In this document: in pieces, positions 44,531 to 56,663 of the stretch
Position numbering within the stretch: the stretch's first letter is position 1
How the letters are laid out: each line of letters starts with the position of its first letter
Assembly (NCBI GenBank): GCA_049682755.1
Contig: JBAUIH010000209.1
Coordinates: forward strand, 208-64,207
DNA: 64,000 bases
Origin: Candidatus Aminicenantales bacterium
GTDB taxonomy: Bacteria; Acidobacteriota; Aminicenantia; Aminicenantales; UBA8522
Reading direction: 5' to 3'
The notes under the pieces: model-generated
What the model was told of the DNA's origin: nothing
Databases searched by the model: none
What the model saw: the letters and a program-made list of their open reading frames with translations, nothing else
Translations under genes and position numbers: made by a program

Positions 44531-44887
44531 ATGAAAAGAATCATGCTCAAAGCCAAGCTTCACCAGGCCCGGGTGACCGAGACCAATGTCGATTACGAGG
44601 GCAGCCTGGCGCTCGACGAGGAACTGATGCAGGCCGCCGATTTGCGGGCCTTCGAAAAGGTGGATATCTATAATATCTCGAACGGGGAGAGGTTCTCGAC
44701 CTATCTCATCAAGGCGGAGAGAGGCTCGCAAAAGGTTGCCGTCTACGGCGCCGCCGCCCACAAGGCCACGGCCGGGGACAGGCTCATCGTAGCATCCTAT
44801 GTTGTCCTCGATGAGGAAGAAATCGACTTTTTCATACCCAAGATCCTGGTCCTGGACGGCGAAAACAGAATAGCCGAGATCAAATGA
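44531..44887 (+). CDS. panD: Aspartate 1-decarboxylase
   Basis: MKRIMLKAKLHQARVTETNVDYEGSLALD, which includes the self-cleavage G-S site. Confidence 0.9.
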   Translation: MKRIMLKAKLHQARVTETNVDYEGSLALDEELMQAADLRAFEKVDIYNISNGERFSTYLIKAERGSQKVAVYGAAAHKATAGDRLIVASYVVLDEEEIDFFIPKILVLDGENRIAEIK

Positions 44888-45031
44888 CGGGAACGCCGTC
44901 GCTCCGAGATCCTCGATCATGCCGGGCAAGGTCAATCCGTTCTTGCATCAAGGGAATTGAGCTTGAATTTCCTGGCCATAGGTTATAGTTTAGGTGTTGG
45001 CGTCCATCATAAAACAAAGGAGGGCTTCGCC

Positions 45032-46675
45032 ATGAAAAGAACGTACGTTTTACCCGCCATCCTCTTATTCTTGGGTGTGTCGGTTATGCATCAATGGGCC
45101 GAGGATGACTGCTCGAGCTTCCTGGTGACGAAAGGAGCGTCCAAAGACGGCTCCGTCATGATCACTTACACCTGCGATGGGGAATTCCTTCCCCATCTCG
45201 AACGGCTTGCCGCTCAGGACAACGAGCCCGGCTCGACCATCCCCATAATGGGAAGGGACGGAAAGCTGCGCGGTGAGGTCAGCCAGGTGCCGCACACCTA
45301 TGCGGTTGTCGGTCTGATGAACGAATTCCAGTTGGCCATCGGCGAAACCACCTTCGGCGGCCGCAGCGAGCTCCGGAATCCGGACGGCCTCCTTCACTAT
45401 TTCATGTTGATGAACCTGGCCTTGCAGCGGGCCAAAACGGCCCGGGAAGCGATCCAGGTGATGACAGGACTGGTCGAAGAATACGGATATGCCAGCACCG
45501 GAGAATCCTTTTCCATCGCCGACCCCAAGGAGGCCTGGATCATGGAGATGATCGGTCCCGGGCCGGGAGGGAAGGGAGCTCACTGGGTGGCGCTCCGGAT
45601 CCCGGATGGCTATGTTTCCGGCCACGCCAACATGTCCCGCATCGGGGAATTTTCTTTGGATGATCCCGAGAATTGTCTTTATTCTGCCGATGTGATCTCC
45701 TTCGCGGAAGAAAAGGGGTATTGCAGCAAAAAATCCGGAAAGCCCTTCAGTTTCCGCTTCGCCTATGATCCTCCCCAGCCGTCCTCTCTCAGAACGTGTG
45801 CCGCCCGTGTCTGGAGCATGTTTCACCGGAGCGCACCATCACAAAATCTGTCCCCGGATTTCCAGCGCGGTGTTCCAGACGCCAAGCCATACCCGCTCTG
45901 GATCAAGCCCGACCAGAAGCTCTCTCTGCAAGACGTGATGAAGATCATGCGGGACCACTACGAGGGGACGGAGTTCGATATGACTGAGGGAATCGACGCT
46001 GGGCCCTTCGGCTGCCCGGTCCGCTGTCGGGACCTCACCTGGGAGGTGGACGGCGTCAAGTACAGCTGGGAGCGTCCGATATCCACGCAGCAGACCGGTT
46101 TTTCGTTCATCTCCCAGTCTCGGGACTGGCTTCCCGACGCCATCGGAGGGGTTTACTGGTACGGTGTGGACGATACGTACACGACCTGTTATGTTCCTCT
46201 CTACTGCTGCATCCGGGATTTGCCTGAGCCGTTCACGGTCGGAGACCTGCAAAAATTTTCCTGGGATTCGGCCTGGTGGGTTTTCAATTTTGCGGCCAAT
46301 TATGCCAACCTGAAATATTCGCACATGATCAAGGACATCCAGGAGGTGCAGTCGGCCCTGGAAGGGCAAGCGCTCTCTCTCCAACCGGTCGTCGAACAAA
46401 CAGCGCTCGAGCTTAAGAAGACAGATCCGGAGCTTCTGGTTCAGTATCTGACAAGCTATTCGGTCGGCCAGGGGGAGCAGGTAGTCAAGCGCTGGAGAGA
46501 ACTCGGCGAAGACCTCCTGACAAAATACAACGATGGCTATGTCAAGGACGAGAAAGGGCGTCCCCGCGGCGTGGGGTATCCTTCCGAATGGTTCAAGGAA
46601 GTTTTGAAATCCAAACCCGAACAATTCAAACTGCCAACCTGGGGTGAGGATAAAAAGCAAGGCCGGCTGCAATGA
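45032..46675 (+). CDS. Peptidase C69 family dipeptidase, secreted
   Basis: A signal peptide is followed by the catalytic N-terminal Cys context DDCSSFLVTKGASKDGSVM. ATG at 45032 after AAGGAGG. Confidence 0.8.
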   Translation: MKRTYVLPAILLFLGVSVMHQWAEDDCSSFLVTKGASKDGSVMITYTCDGEFLPHLERLAAQDNEPGSTIPIMGRDGKLRGEVSQVPHTYAVVGLMNEFQLAIGETTFGGRSELRNPDGLLHYFMLMNLALQRAKTAREAIQVMTGLVEEYGYASTGESFSIADPKEAWIMEMIGPGPGGKGAHWVALRIPDGYVSGHANMSRIGEFSLDDPENCLYSADVISFAEEKGYCSKKSGKPFSFRFAYDPPQPSSLRTCAARVWSMFHRSAPSQNLSPDFQRGVPDAKPYPLWIKPDQKLSLQDVMKIMRDHYEGTEFDMTEGIDAGPFGCPVRCRDLTWEVDGVKYSWERPISTQQTGFSFISQSRDWLPDAIGGVYWYGVDDTYTTCYVPLYCCIRDLPEPFTVGDLQKFSWDSAWWVFNFAANYANLKYSHMIKDIQEVQSALEGQALSLQPVVEQTALELKKTDPELLVQYLTSYSVGQGEQVVKRWRELGEDLLTKYNDGYVKDEKGRPRGVGYPSEWFKEVLKSKPEQFKLPTWGEDKKQGRLQ

Positions 46676-46708
46676 AGACCTCATGGTCGCCGGAGAAAGG
46701 CCGCAGGA

Positions 46709-47959
46709 CTATTCTTTTTCAGCTGCCGAGTCAACGAGGAAATCCGCATCCTCCAGTTTGGCCACAAGGTCGTTCATGAACCGGGCCGCCTCGGCGCCGT
46801 CGATCACCCGGTGATCAAAGGAGAGGCAGAGGGGCAGGGTTTTGATCGCCTTGACCTCACCGTTTTTTACCCGCGCCCGGTCTTTGATTTTCAGGGTGGC
46901 CAGGATAGCGACCTCGGGATAGTTGATGATCGGGGTGGCCGCCTCGCCGCCGATCATGCCGACGTTCGTGATCGAGAACGTCCCGCCCTTGAGGTCGGCT
47001 AGGTCCAGGGTCCGCTTCTTGGCGGCCTCGGCCAAGACCTGGATTTCGCCGGCTAGGTCGAAAATTGACTTCTGGTCGACTCCCTTCACCACGGGAACGA
47101 TCAACCCATCGGGCACGTCCACGGCTATTCCGAAATTGTAGTATTTCTTGACGACGATTTCCTCGTCCTCGTCGGACAGGGTAGCGTTGAGAAGGGGATG
47201 GGCTTTGAAGGCGGCCAGGACGGCCTTGACGATGAAGGGCAGGAAGGTCAGCTTGACGCCTTTCTCCACCGCAGTGGACTTGAGGCTCTCCCGGACCTTC
47301 ACCAGTTCTGAGACGTCGGCCTCGTCAAAGTGGGTGACATGGGCTGCCGTGGAGATAGATTCTCTCATTCGCCTGGCGGTGGCGCGGCGCACGCCCCGGA
47401 GCGGGATTCTTTCGAGCTCCCCGTAGAAATCGAATTTCTCCTTGATCTTGAGAGCCGGCTTCTTTTCCACCAGGGGCGCCGCGGGTGCAGCCTTGGCCAC
47501 CCCGATGTCGTTCTCAGTGATCCGGCCTTTAGGGCCAGTCCCCTTGACGGCCTTGATATCAACACCCAGATCCAGGGCCAGTTTCCTGACCTTGGGCGTG
47601 GCCAGGACTTCCCGGATTTCCTCTTTGCTTTCAGTGACGACTCCGACGACGGAAGGGCCTGAAGCAGGGGCTGCCTTTTCCTCCGCCTTTATCTCCAGCG
47701 CCGCTTCGCCGACCGCTTCTCCCTTCTCGCCGATCGTCACCAGGACCTGCCCGACCTTGATGATGTCTTTTTCCGAGGCGTGGATCTTGAGGATCGTCCC
47801 CACGTAGGGGGAGGGCATTTCGACGACGGCCTTGTCGGTTTCGACCTCGGCGAGCGTTTGGTCTTCCTTGACGTCGTCGCCCTCCTTGACAAGCCAGCGG
47901 ACGATCTCACCTTCGGTGATGCCTTCCCCGACATCGGGGAACTTGAATTGTTTTGGCAT
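46709..47959 (-). CDS. 2-oxoacid dehydrogenase E2 (dihydrolipoamide acyltransferase)
   Basis: Lipoyl domain (VETDKAVVEMPSP), peripheral subunit-binding domain (ATPKVRKLALDLGVD), and catalytic DHRVIDGA. Confidence 0.9.
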   Translation of the reverse strand: MPKQFKFPDVGEGITEGEIVRWLVKEGDDVKEDQTLAEVETDKAVVEMPSPYVGTILKIHASEKDIIKVGQVLVTIGEKGEAVGEAALEIKAEEKAAPASGPSVVGVVTESKEEIREVLATPKVRKLALDLGVDIKAVKGTGPKGRITENDIGVAKAAPAAPLVEKKPALKIKEKFDFYGELERIPLRGVRRATARRMRESISTAAHVTHFDEADVSELVKVRESLKSTAVEKGVKLTFLPFIVKAVLAAFKAHPLLNATLSDEDEEIVVKKYYNFGIAVDVPDGLIVPVVKGVDQKSIFDLAGEIQVLAEAAKKRTLDLADLKGGTFSITNVGMIGGEAATPIINYPEVAILATLKIKDRARVKNGEVKAIKTLPLCLSFDHRVIDGAEAARFMNDLVAKLEDADFLVDSAAEKE

Positions 47960-47961
47960 GA

Positions 47962-48936
47962 TCACGACTCCATGATTTTTTTGATCCCGGCCGCAACCCT
48001 CTCCGGCCTGGGGTAATAATAATCCTCGCCCTTTGCCAGGGGGACCGTGATATCTTGCCCCGTGATGCGGAGGATGGGAGCTTCGAGTTGGAAAATGGCC
48101 TTCTCGGCTGCGAAGGCGGCGATTTCGGCGCCCAGGCCGCAGGTCTTCGGCGCTTCATGGACAACCACCAGCCGTCCCGTTCTCTGAATTGATTCGAGGA
48201 CAGTGGCCCGGTCGAACGGCGCCAGGGTTCTCAGGTCGATGAGCTCGGGGAAAAGGCCGTCCTTTTCGACCATCTCGGCCGCTACCTGGGCGACCGGAAT
48301 CATCGCCCCCCAGGCTACGATGGTTACGCCTTCGCCCTCGCGCACGATCTTCGCTTTTCCCAGCGGAACTTCGTAGAGCTCGTCCGGCACTTCCTGGCGC
48401 CCCGCCCGGTAGAGCTTTGTCGGCTCGAGGAAGATGACCGGGTCGTCGTCTCTTATGGAGGCAAGGAGAAGCCCTTTAGCATCGTAGGGTGTTGAGGGGA
48501 CCGCGACCTTCAATCCGGGGATTTGGCAGAACAGCGCCTCGGTGCTTTCCGAATGATGCTCGAGCGCCCGGACTCCGGCTCCGTACGGAGTCCGGATGAC
48601 AACCGGCACGGAGAAGCGGCCGCGCGAACGGTTTCTCAGGCGGGCGGCATGGGAGATGAGTTGATTCATGGCCGGGTAGATGAAGCCCATGAACTGGATC
48701 TCGGCGATGGGGCGCAGCCCGGCGACGGCCAGACCGATCGAAGCGCCGATGATCGCCGATTCGGCCAGGGGCGTGTCGATGACGCGCTCAGGGCCGAACG
48801 TCTCGAGCAAACCCTCGGTCAGGCGGAACACACCGCCGTCGGCGGCCACATCCTCACCCAGGACGACGACCCGCAGATCTTTCTCCATCTCCTGGCGCAT
48901 CGCCTGATTGAGCGCCTGGACCATGTTGATCATCAT
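47962..48936 (-). CDS. 2-oxoacid dehydrogenase E1 component beta subunit
   Basis: Transketolase-like pyrimidine-binding domain; VVVLGEDV...DTPLAESAIIG. Confidence 0.9.
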   Translation of the reverse strand: MMINMVQALNQAMRQEMEKDLRVVVLGEDVAADGGVFRLTEGLLETFGPERVIDTPLAESAIIGASIGLAVAGLRPIAEIQFMGFIYPAMNQLISHAARLRNRSRGRFSVPVVIRTPYGAGVRALEHHSESTEALFCQIPGLKVAVPSTPYDAKGLLLASIRDDDPVIFLEPTKLYRAGRQEVPDELYEVPLGKAKIVREGEGVTIVAWGAMIPVAQVAAEMVEKDGLFPELIDLRTLAPFDRATVLESIQRTGRLVVVHEAPKTCGLGAEIAAFAAEKAIFQLEAPILRITGQDITVPLAKGEDYYYPRPERVAAGIKKIMES

Positions 48937-50012
48937 CTTCGCTCCTCCTTGAGGGATTCGCGGAGCTCGGACAGTTGCTCTTCGAGGTCGGGCGGCATCT
49001 CCTTGTAGGTGTGGATGAAGAGGTCGTCGGGGTTGGGAGGGGGGGTCTCCTCCGCTTCAGCGACGGCCTTGTTGATCCATTCATCGGCTTTTTTCTGGAT
49101 TCGGCTTTCGAAAGATTCATCCCAAAGACTTTTAGCTTTCAAATAGAGCTTGAACCGATCGATCGGATCCCGTTGGGCCCATTCGTTGATCTCGTCCTCC
49201 GTTCGATAACGCGAAGCGTCGTCGGAGGTGGTGTGATTCCCCATCCGGTAGGTGAATGCTTCGATGAGCGTTGGCCCCCCTCCTGAGCGGGCCTTGACGA
49301 GCGCTTCTTTCGTGGCCGCGTACATGGCCAGGACGTCGTTTCCATCGACCTGAATACCCTCGAATCCGAAGGCGGTGGCCTTCTGGGCGATCGTCTTGGC
49401 GGCGGTCTGGCGGCGGACGGGCGTCGAGATAGCGTACTGGTTGTTGAAACAGATAAAGACATTTGGTGTCTGAAAAACCCCGGCCAAGTTCAAGGCCTCA
49501 CCGAAATCACCTTCCGAGGTGGCTCCGTCGCCGAAATAAGCGACCACAGCGGCTGCTTCCTTCCTGAGCTTCATGGCCAGGGCGAAGCCGACGGCGTGGG
49601 GAAGCTGGGAGCCGACGGGAATCGAGATGGTGAAGATGTTCAGGTCCGCGGGGATGTGCATCCCTTCTTCGTTTCCCATCCAGTAGAGATAGTAGTATTT
49701 CAAGGGCAGGCCGAGCGTTACGTAAGTCCCCAGATCGCGGAAATAGGGGAAGACCCAGTCCTTGGTCTGAACGGCGAAGGCCGACCCGATCTGGCAGGCT
49801 TCGTGGCCGAGGCTCGGCGCGAACGTCCCCATGCGGCCCTGGCGTTGCAGCTTCAGGGCCTTGAGGTCGGCGGCGCGGGTCGTCGCCATCAAACCGTAGA
49901 TCTTCTGCAGGTCTGACCCGGACAGCTTTGGCTCCCATTCAGGATTCGCCTGTCCGTCCTCCGCCAGGACCTGGAATCGTTTCCCTTTGAGAGGATCGAA
50001 CTGACCGATCAT
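48933..50012 (-). CDS. 2-oxoacid dehydrogenase E1 component alpha subunit (TPP-binding)
   Basis: TPP motif YFGDGATSEGDFGEALNLA...NNQYAIS. ATGA overlap with the beta subunit. Confidence 0.9.
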   Translation of the reverse strand: MIGQFDPLKGKRFQVLAEDGQANPEWEPKLSGSDLQKIYGLMATTRAADLKALKLQRQGRMGTFAPSLGHEACQIGSAFAVQTKDWVFPYFRDLGTYVTLGLPLKYYYLYWMGNEEGMHIPADLNIFTISIPVGSQLPHAVGFALAMKLRKEAAAVVAYFGDGATSEGDFGEALNLAGVFQTPNVFICFNNQYAISTPVRRQTAAKTIAQKATAFGFEGIQVDGNDVLAMYAATKEALVKARSGGGPTLIEAFTYRMGNHTTSDDASRYRTEDEINEWAQRDPIDRFKLYLKAKSLWDESFESRIQKKADEWINKAVAEAEETPPPNPDDLFIHTYKEMPPDLEEQLSELRESLKEERR

Positions 50013-50093
50013 CTGACGTCCTCCTCACTCGGAAAAAAAGATTCCTGAAAACGACCGCTATTTCGCGGCTCGTTAAGCCAAGAGTCGATTTGA

Positions 50094-50378
50094 TCAGCCC
50101 GCGTTGAGAGCCCACTCTTTGAGTTTTTCGTACGGCACCTCGCCGCAGAGGACGGCGCTCGTGTCGGGATTGAAGAATGTCGGCGTCCGCAGCTGGCCGC
50201 CGCACTTGGGGGCGATGACGGGGCGATAGGACCGCATCAGGTCGGCGTTTTTCTCGTCGTGCCAGACTTCGAGCTTCTCAAGGCTGATTCCTTCCTCTTT
50301 TTCCAGCTTGTCGACGAGAGGCATCATGGCCTTGCAGTGGGGACACTCCCGGGCATGGAACATGATCAGTCGGCTCAT
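50094..50378 (-). CDS. Thioredoxin/glutaredoxin-like protein (CPHC)
   Basis: MSRLIMFHARECPHCKAM... from ATG 50378. ATGA overlap with the upstream FTR-like gene. Confidence 0.75.
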   Translation of the reverse strand: MSRLIMFHARECPHCKAMMPLVDKLEKEEGISLEKLEVWHDEKNADLMRSYRPVIAPKCGGQLRTPTFFNPDTSAVLCGEVPYEKLKEWALNAG

Positions 50379-50803
50379 TTTTTTCTCCTCACAAACAGGC
50401 CGCACCAGCATTCTCCATCTGTTTTCCCTTTATAGGTTTCGTGGACGATGAAGTTGCAGGGGCAGACGAGCTTCAGGTCTTCGTTGAAATCCTTGGTCCG
50501 CAACCGGCAGGGGCAGTACTTGAAACCGTGGTTCTGCTCATTGGCGAAAATGCCGTCGAGGAGCGTTTCGACTTTGGCCGTATCCGGATTGACTTCGAAC
50601 TCGTTTCTCTCGGTGAACCGCTCGATGGCCCGCCGGAATTCATCCCTCGTCATGGTTGTCTTGACGGGTTGCATGGTTCTTTCGGCCTCAGCGGAGGAGA
50701 TCTCCACATAGGCGTTCTTGACGAGGCAGGTGGGACAGACCTCCGGCGGTTTGACTCCGTAATGGATGTCGCCGCAGACAAAGCAACGCCAATATTTTTT
50801 CAT
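50375..50803 (-). CDS. Rubredoxin-like domain fused to ferredoxin:thioredoxin reductase catalytic-subunit-like domain
   Basis: N-terminal CFVCG...CPTC. C-terminal CPC-x14-CPC-x15-CWC, resembling the FTR CPC/CPC/CHC cluster motif but with W in place of H. Confidence 0.75.
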   Translation of the reverse strand: MKKYWRCFVCGDIHYGVKPPEVCPTCLVKNAYVEISSAEAERTMQPVKTTMTRDEFRRAIERFTERNEFEVNPDTAKVETLLDGIFANEQNHGFKYCPCRLRTKDFNEDLKLVCPCNFIVHETYKGKTDGECWCGLFVRRKK

Positions 50804-50928
50804 AGCATCAATACCGGGTTAACAGGATGGATGACGAAATCCCTGCTCTCCATGATGCCTCCTTTCAAAAAAGCACCTGAGTATTTTACTATTCTTATCG
50901 GAATATGTCTATCTGGCGGGCCTTTGTT

Positions 50929-51672
50929 TTAGAGTTTTTCCAGATAGGCTATCAAGTCGGCCATCTCCTGTTCGTTCAAACCGGAAAAAGAGGGCATGCT
51001 CTGGGCCGGACGAACGAGCTGCCGTCGAATATTTTCCTCGGTCACCGGTTTGCCGCTATACGGCAGCGCGGGCATTTCAAATAATCCTTTGAGGCCGGGT
51101 CCCAGTTTGCCTTCATTTCTATCGGGAAAATGGCAGGAAGCGCACAGCCCGGCATACAGAGAAGCTCCTTTTTCGACGCTTCCTTCGACCGCTGGGGGGG
51201 GATTCTGGGTCGACAGGGGGGCGGTCGAGGAAACGATCTCACCGGGAAAGGGCGCGGAAGCCGCCGCCCTGAGGAAAAAGTACCCCGCCATCGAGGACAT
51301 GACGAGGGCAAGGACAAAGACGATCATCCCCAAAGCCGGCATCATCCGGAGGAACTGCCGGTAGAAGCGGGCGATCAGCCATTTCAAAAAGAATACGGCC
51401 AGGAGAAAAAGCCCGATGAATCCGTGGACGACGGCCCGGAGCGAGAGCGAATCCCCCGCCCGCACGACAATAGAGATTCCAAGAGCGCTTAAGGCGATCA
51501 AAAGCAGGGCGAAGAGATATCCGGCCAAGCGATGGAGTCGCCGCCACCTTTCGGGATTCGCCTTTTTCTCCAGCCGTCCCATCAGGGCCAGCATGGAAAA
51601 CCCGGCGGACAGTGCGCTAGCAACAAAGAAAACGGCGATGATGGATTTGAGGAGATAGACCGTCATAATCAT
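50929..51672 (-). CDS. Membrane-anchored c-type cytochrome
   Basis: 4-5 predicted TM helices, then the C-terminal haem motif CASCH and the MPSF..L region. Confidence 0.7.
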   Translation of the reverse strand: MIMTVYLLKSIIAVFFVASALSAGFSMLALMGRLEKKANPERWRRLHRLAGYLFALLLIALSALGISIVVRAGDSLSLRAVVHGFIGLFLLAVFFLKWLIARFYRQFLRMMPALGMIVFVLALVMSSMAGYFFLRAAASAPFPGEIVSSTAPLSTQNPPPAVEGSVEKGASLYAGLCASCHFPDRNEGKLGPGLKGLFEMPALPYSGKPVTEENIRRQLVRPAQSMPSFSGLNEQEMADLIAYLEKL

Positions 51673-51731
51673 TCATGCCTTTCTTCTAGATTCCGGCATC
51701 GCTTTGTCTCCGGGCGACACCTTAAATGCGC

Positions 51732-53195
51732 TCAATCGAGGTGGTAGTTGGGGGCTTCCTTGGTGATCATGACGTCATGGACGTGACTTTCGCGCAAGCT
51801 GGCCGGAGTGATCTTGATGAATTTCGCTTTCTTCTGGAGCTCTTCGATGCTGGAGCAGCCGGCGTACCCCATGCCGGCCTTGAGGCCGCCCACCATCATC
51901 TGGATGACCCGGGCGGCGCTCCCCTTGAAGGGGACCCGTCCTTCGATGCCTTCGGGCACCAGCTTGCTCTCGCTCAGCGGCGAATCCTGGAAGTAGCGGT
52001 CGCGGCTCCCTTCCTTCATCGCCTCAATGGACCCCATGCCGCGATAGGTCTTGTAGGAACGGCCTTGATAGATCACCGTTTCGCCGGGCGATTCATCGGT
52101 GGCGGCGAGCAGGTTCCCCAGCATAACCGAGCTGGCACCGGCGGCGATGGCCTTGGTGACGTCGCCGGAAAACTTGATGCCGCCGTCGGCGACGACTGGG
52201 ATCCCCTGGGGGTTGGCCACTTTATAAACGTCGGCCACCGCGGTGATCTGGGGGATGCCTGCTCCGGTGACGACCCGAGTGGTGCAGATCGATCCCGGCC
52301 CGACTCCGACCTTGACGGCGTTAACCCCCAGGGCGATCAAGTCTGCGGCCGCCTCGGCGGTCCCGATATTGCCGGCGATGAGCTCCTGGGCGGGATACTT
52401 CGCCCGCAGACTCTTGACTGTATTCAGGACCCGCTGGGAATGGCCGTGGGCCGTGTCCACGACCAGAACATCGACCTTGGCCTGGATGAGGGCCGCGGCT
52501 CTTTCCATCGTGTCCACGCCGATGCCGACGGCCGCGCCGACCCGCAGGCGGCCGAGGTCATCCTTGGCGGCGTTGGGATACTGAATGCGTTTGAGGATAT
52601 CCTTGTAGGTGATCAGCCCTTTGAGATGAAAAGCTTCATCGATCATCAGGATCTTCTCGATTTTGTGCTTGTGGAAGAGCTTCTCGGCCTCTTCGAGCGA
52701 GGTGCCGAGGGGGACGGTGACCAGATCTTTGGTCATCACTTTCTCGACCGGCAAATTGAGGCGGGTTTCGAAGCGGATGTCCCGGTTGGTGATGATCCCC
52801 AGCAGAGTATTGTTCTCATCGGTGATGGGGAGGCCGGAGATTTTGTACTTGTGCATCAGCTCGATCGCCCTATAGATCTTTTCCTGAGGCCTGACCGTGA
52901 TCGGGTCGACGACCATGCCGCTCTCGTGGCGCTTCACTTTGTCGACCTCCTCGGCCTGAATGCCGATCGGCAGGTTCCGGTGGATGATCCCGATGCCTCC
53001 TTGCTGGGCGAGCGAAATCGCCATCCGGGATTCGGTGACCGTGTCCATAGCGGCACTGACGAGGGGAATCTTGAGCCCGATGTTCTGACTCAACCGCGTG
53101 GTCACGTCGGCTTCGGCCGGGATAACGGTCGATTTGGCGGGAAGGATCAAAACATCATCGAAGGTCAAGCCTTCCTTGATCTTGGCCTCCAGCAT
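51732..53195 (-). CDS. guaB: IMP dehydrogenase
   Basis: [11 protein letters not shown], a CBS pair, GPGSICTTR catalytic loop, and GGIKFSGD. Confidence 0.95.
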   Translation of the reverse strand: MLEAKIKEGLTFDDVLILPAKSTVIPAEADVTTRLSQNIGLKIPLVSAAMDTVTESRMAISLAQQGGIGIIHRNLPIGIQAEEVDKVKRHESGMVVDPITVRPQEKIYRAIELMHKYKISGLPITDENNTLLGIITNRDIRFETRLNLPVEKVMTKDLVTVPLGTSLEEAEKLFHKHKIEKILMIDEAFHLKGLITYKDILKRIQYPNAAKDDLGRLRVGAAVGIGVDTMERAAALIQAKVDVLVVDTAHGHSQRVLNTVKSLRAKYPAQELIAGNIGTAEAAADLIALGVNAVKVGVGPGSICTTRVVTGAGIPQITAVADVYKVANPQGIPVVADGGIKFSGDVTKAIAAGASSVMLGNLLAATDESPGETVIYQGRSYKTYRGMGSIEAMKEGSRDRYFQDSPLSESKLVPEGIEGRVPFKGSAARVIQMMVGGLKAGMGYAGCSSIEELQKKAKFIKITPASLRESHVHDVMITKEAPNYHLD

Positions 53196-53205
53196 GGTTC
53201 CTCCT

Positions 53206-55815
<2,610 letters not shown>

Positions 55816-55849
55816 TTTCTATTTATTATCAGAAACTTCCCCCAAAGTC

Positions 55850-56340
55850 AATTTGGGGACGTCCCCCGAGGAGACACCCCAGGGGGGTGCGCAGGGCGAC
55901 CCGGGATTCCTCCGGTCCTTTCTTGCCGTACCCGACGAGCAGGGCCCGGCGCCGACTGTTGGTGCCGATCATAAACGGGTAGCTGAGGTCGCGCAGCGGA
56001 GAAAGTGAGCTGTCCAGAGGGGCTGGTCGTTCTCATAGACCCGGAAGAAGGCGACGTCGAGGTCGTAGCGGGGGGAGGTGAAATTGTCAGTATCGCCGGT
56101 CTCTTCAGCGGCTCGGACCCGCTCGGTGACATCCTCGATTCCCTGGAGGGCCAGGAATTCCATCCCGGGGCACTTGAGTTCTTCCGCCCGGGTCCGGGCA
56201 TAGAAACCCGTTTGCATCAGGTCCCTCTCCCTGGTGCTGAGGTTCTGGATCGCTCCCGCGCCGACGTGGTGGTTGGTCAGGACGGGGCCGTCTTCCGAAA
56301 CAAAGGATGCCGCCGCGCCACTAGGGGGAGAGGAAGCGGA
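55850..56340 (-). pseudogene. Decayed remnant of an S46-family (DPP7/DPP11-like) serine peptidase
   Basis: AASFVSEDGPVLTNHHVGAGAIQ...GFYARTRAEELKCPGMEF...DVTERV, then directly SPRYDLDVAFFRVYENDQPL. S46 blocks that are normally ~100 aa apart are juxtaposed here. The frame then breaks, and ALLVGYGKKG continues in another frame. Only ~140 of the ~700 expected aa remain. Confidence 0.45.
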
Positions 56341-56373
56341 GTTGATTTTCCCGGTGATTTCGGCTAGCATGAT

Positions 56374-56392
56374 ATTGAGAATCATTCTCAAT
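56374..56392. promoter_or_regulatory. Fur box upstream of feoAB
   Basis: Perfect 19-bp palindrome ATTGAGAATCATTCTCAAT, 25 nt upstream of the feoA ATG. Compare the Fur consensus GATAATGATAATCATTATC. Confidence 0.65.
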
Positions 56393-56417
56393 TACGAAAG
56401 AGACAAGGGACCGATAG

Positions 56418-56663
56418 ATGATCAGTTTAGCGCTGGCCCCGCGGGGCCGAAGGCTGAGGATTGCGGCCATCGAGGGCGGTGAGGGCATCCGCCGCCGTTT
56501 GTTTGCCTTGGGCTTCCATAAAAACGACCTGGTCGAGGTGAACGCCCAGGGGATTCTCCGGGGACCGTTCTTGGTCAGGAACCTGACCGCCGATACGAAT
56601 GTCGCTTTGGGCAGAGGCATCGTCAGCCGGATCCTGGTGGATATCGTCCGCGATGAAGAATGA
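56418..56663 (+). CDS. feoA: Ferrous iron transport protein A
   Basis: 81-aa FeoA SH3-like domain (LRIAAIEGGEGIRRRLFALGF..D.VEV). Confidence 0.85.
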   Translation: MISLALAPRGRRLRIAAIEGGEGIRRRLFALGFHKNDLVEVNAQGILRGPFLVRNLTADTNVALGRGIVSRILVDIVRDEE

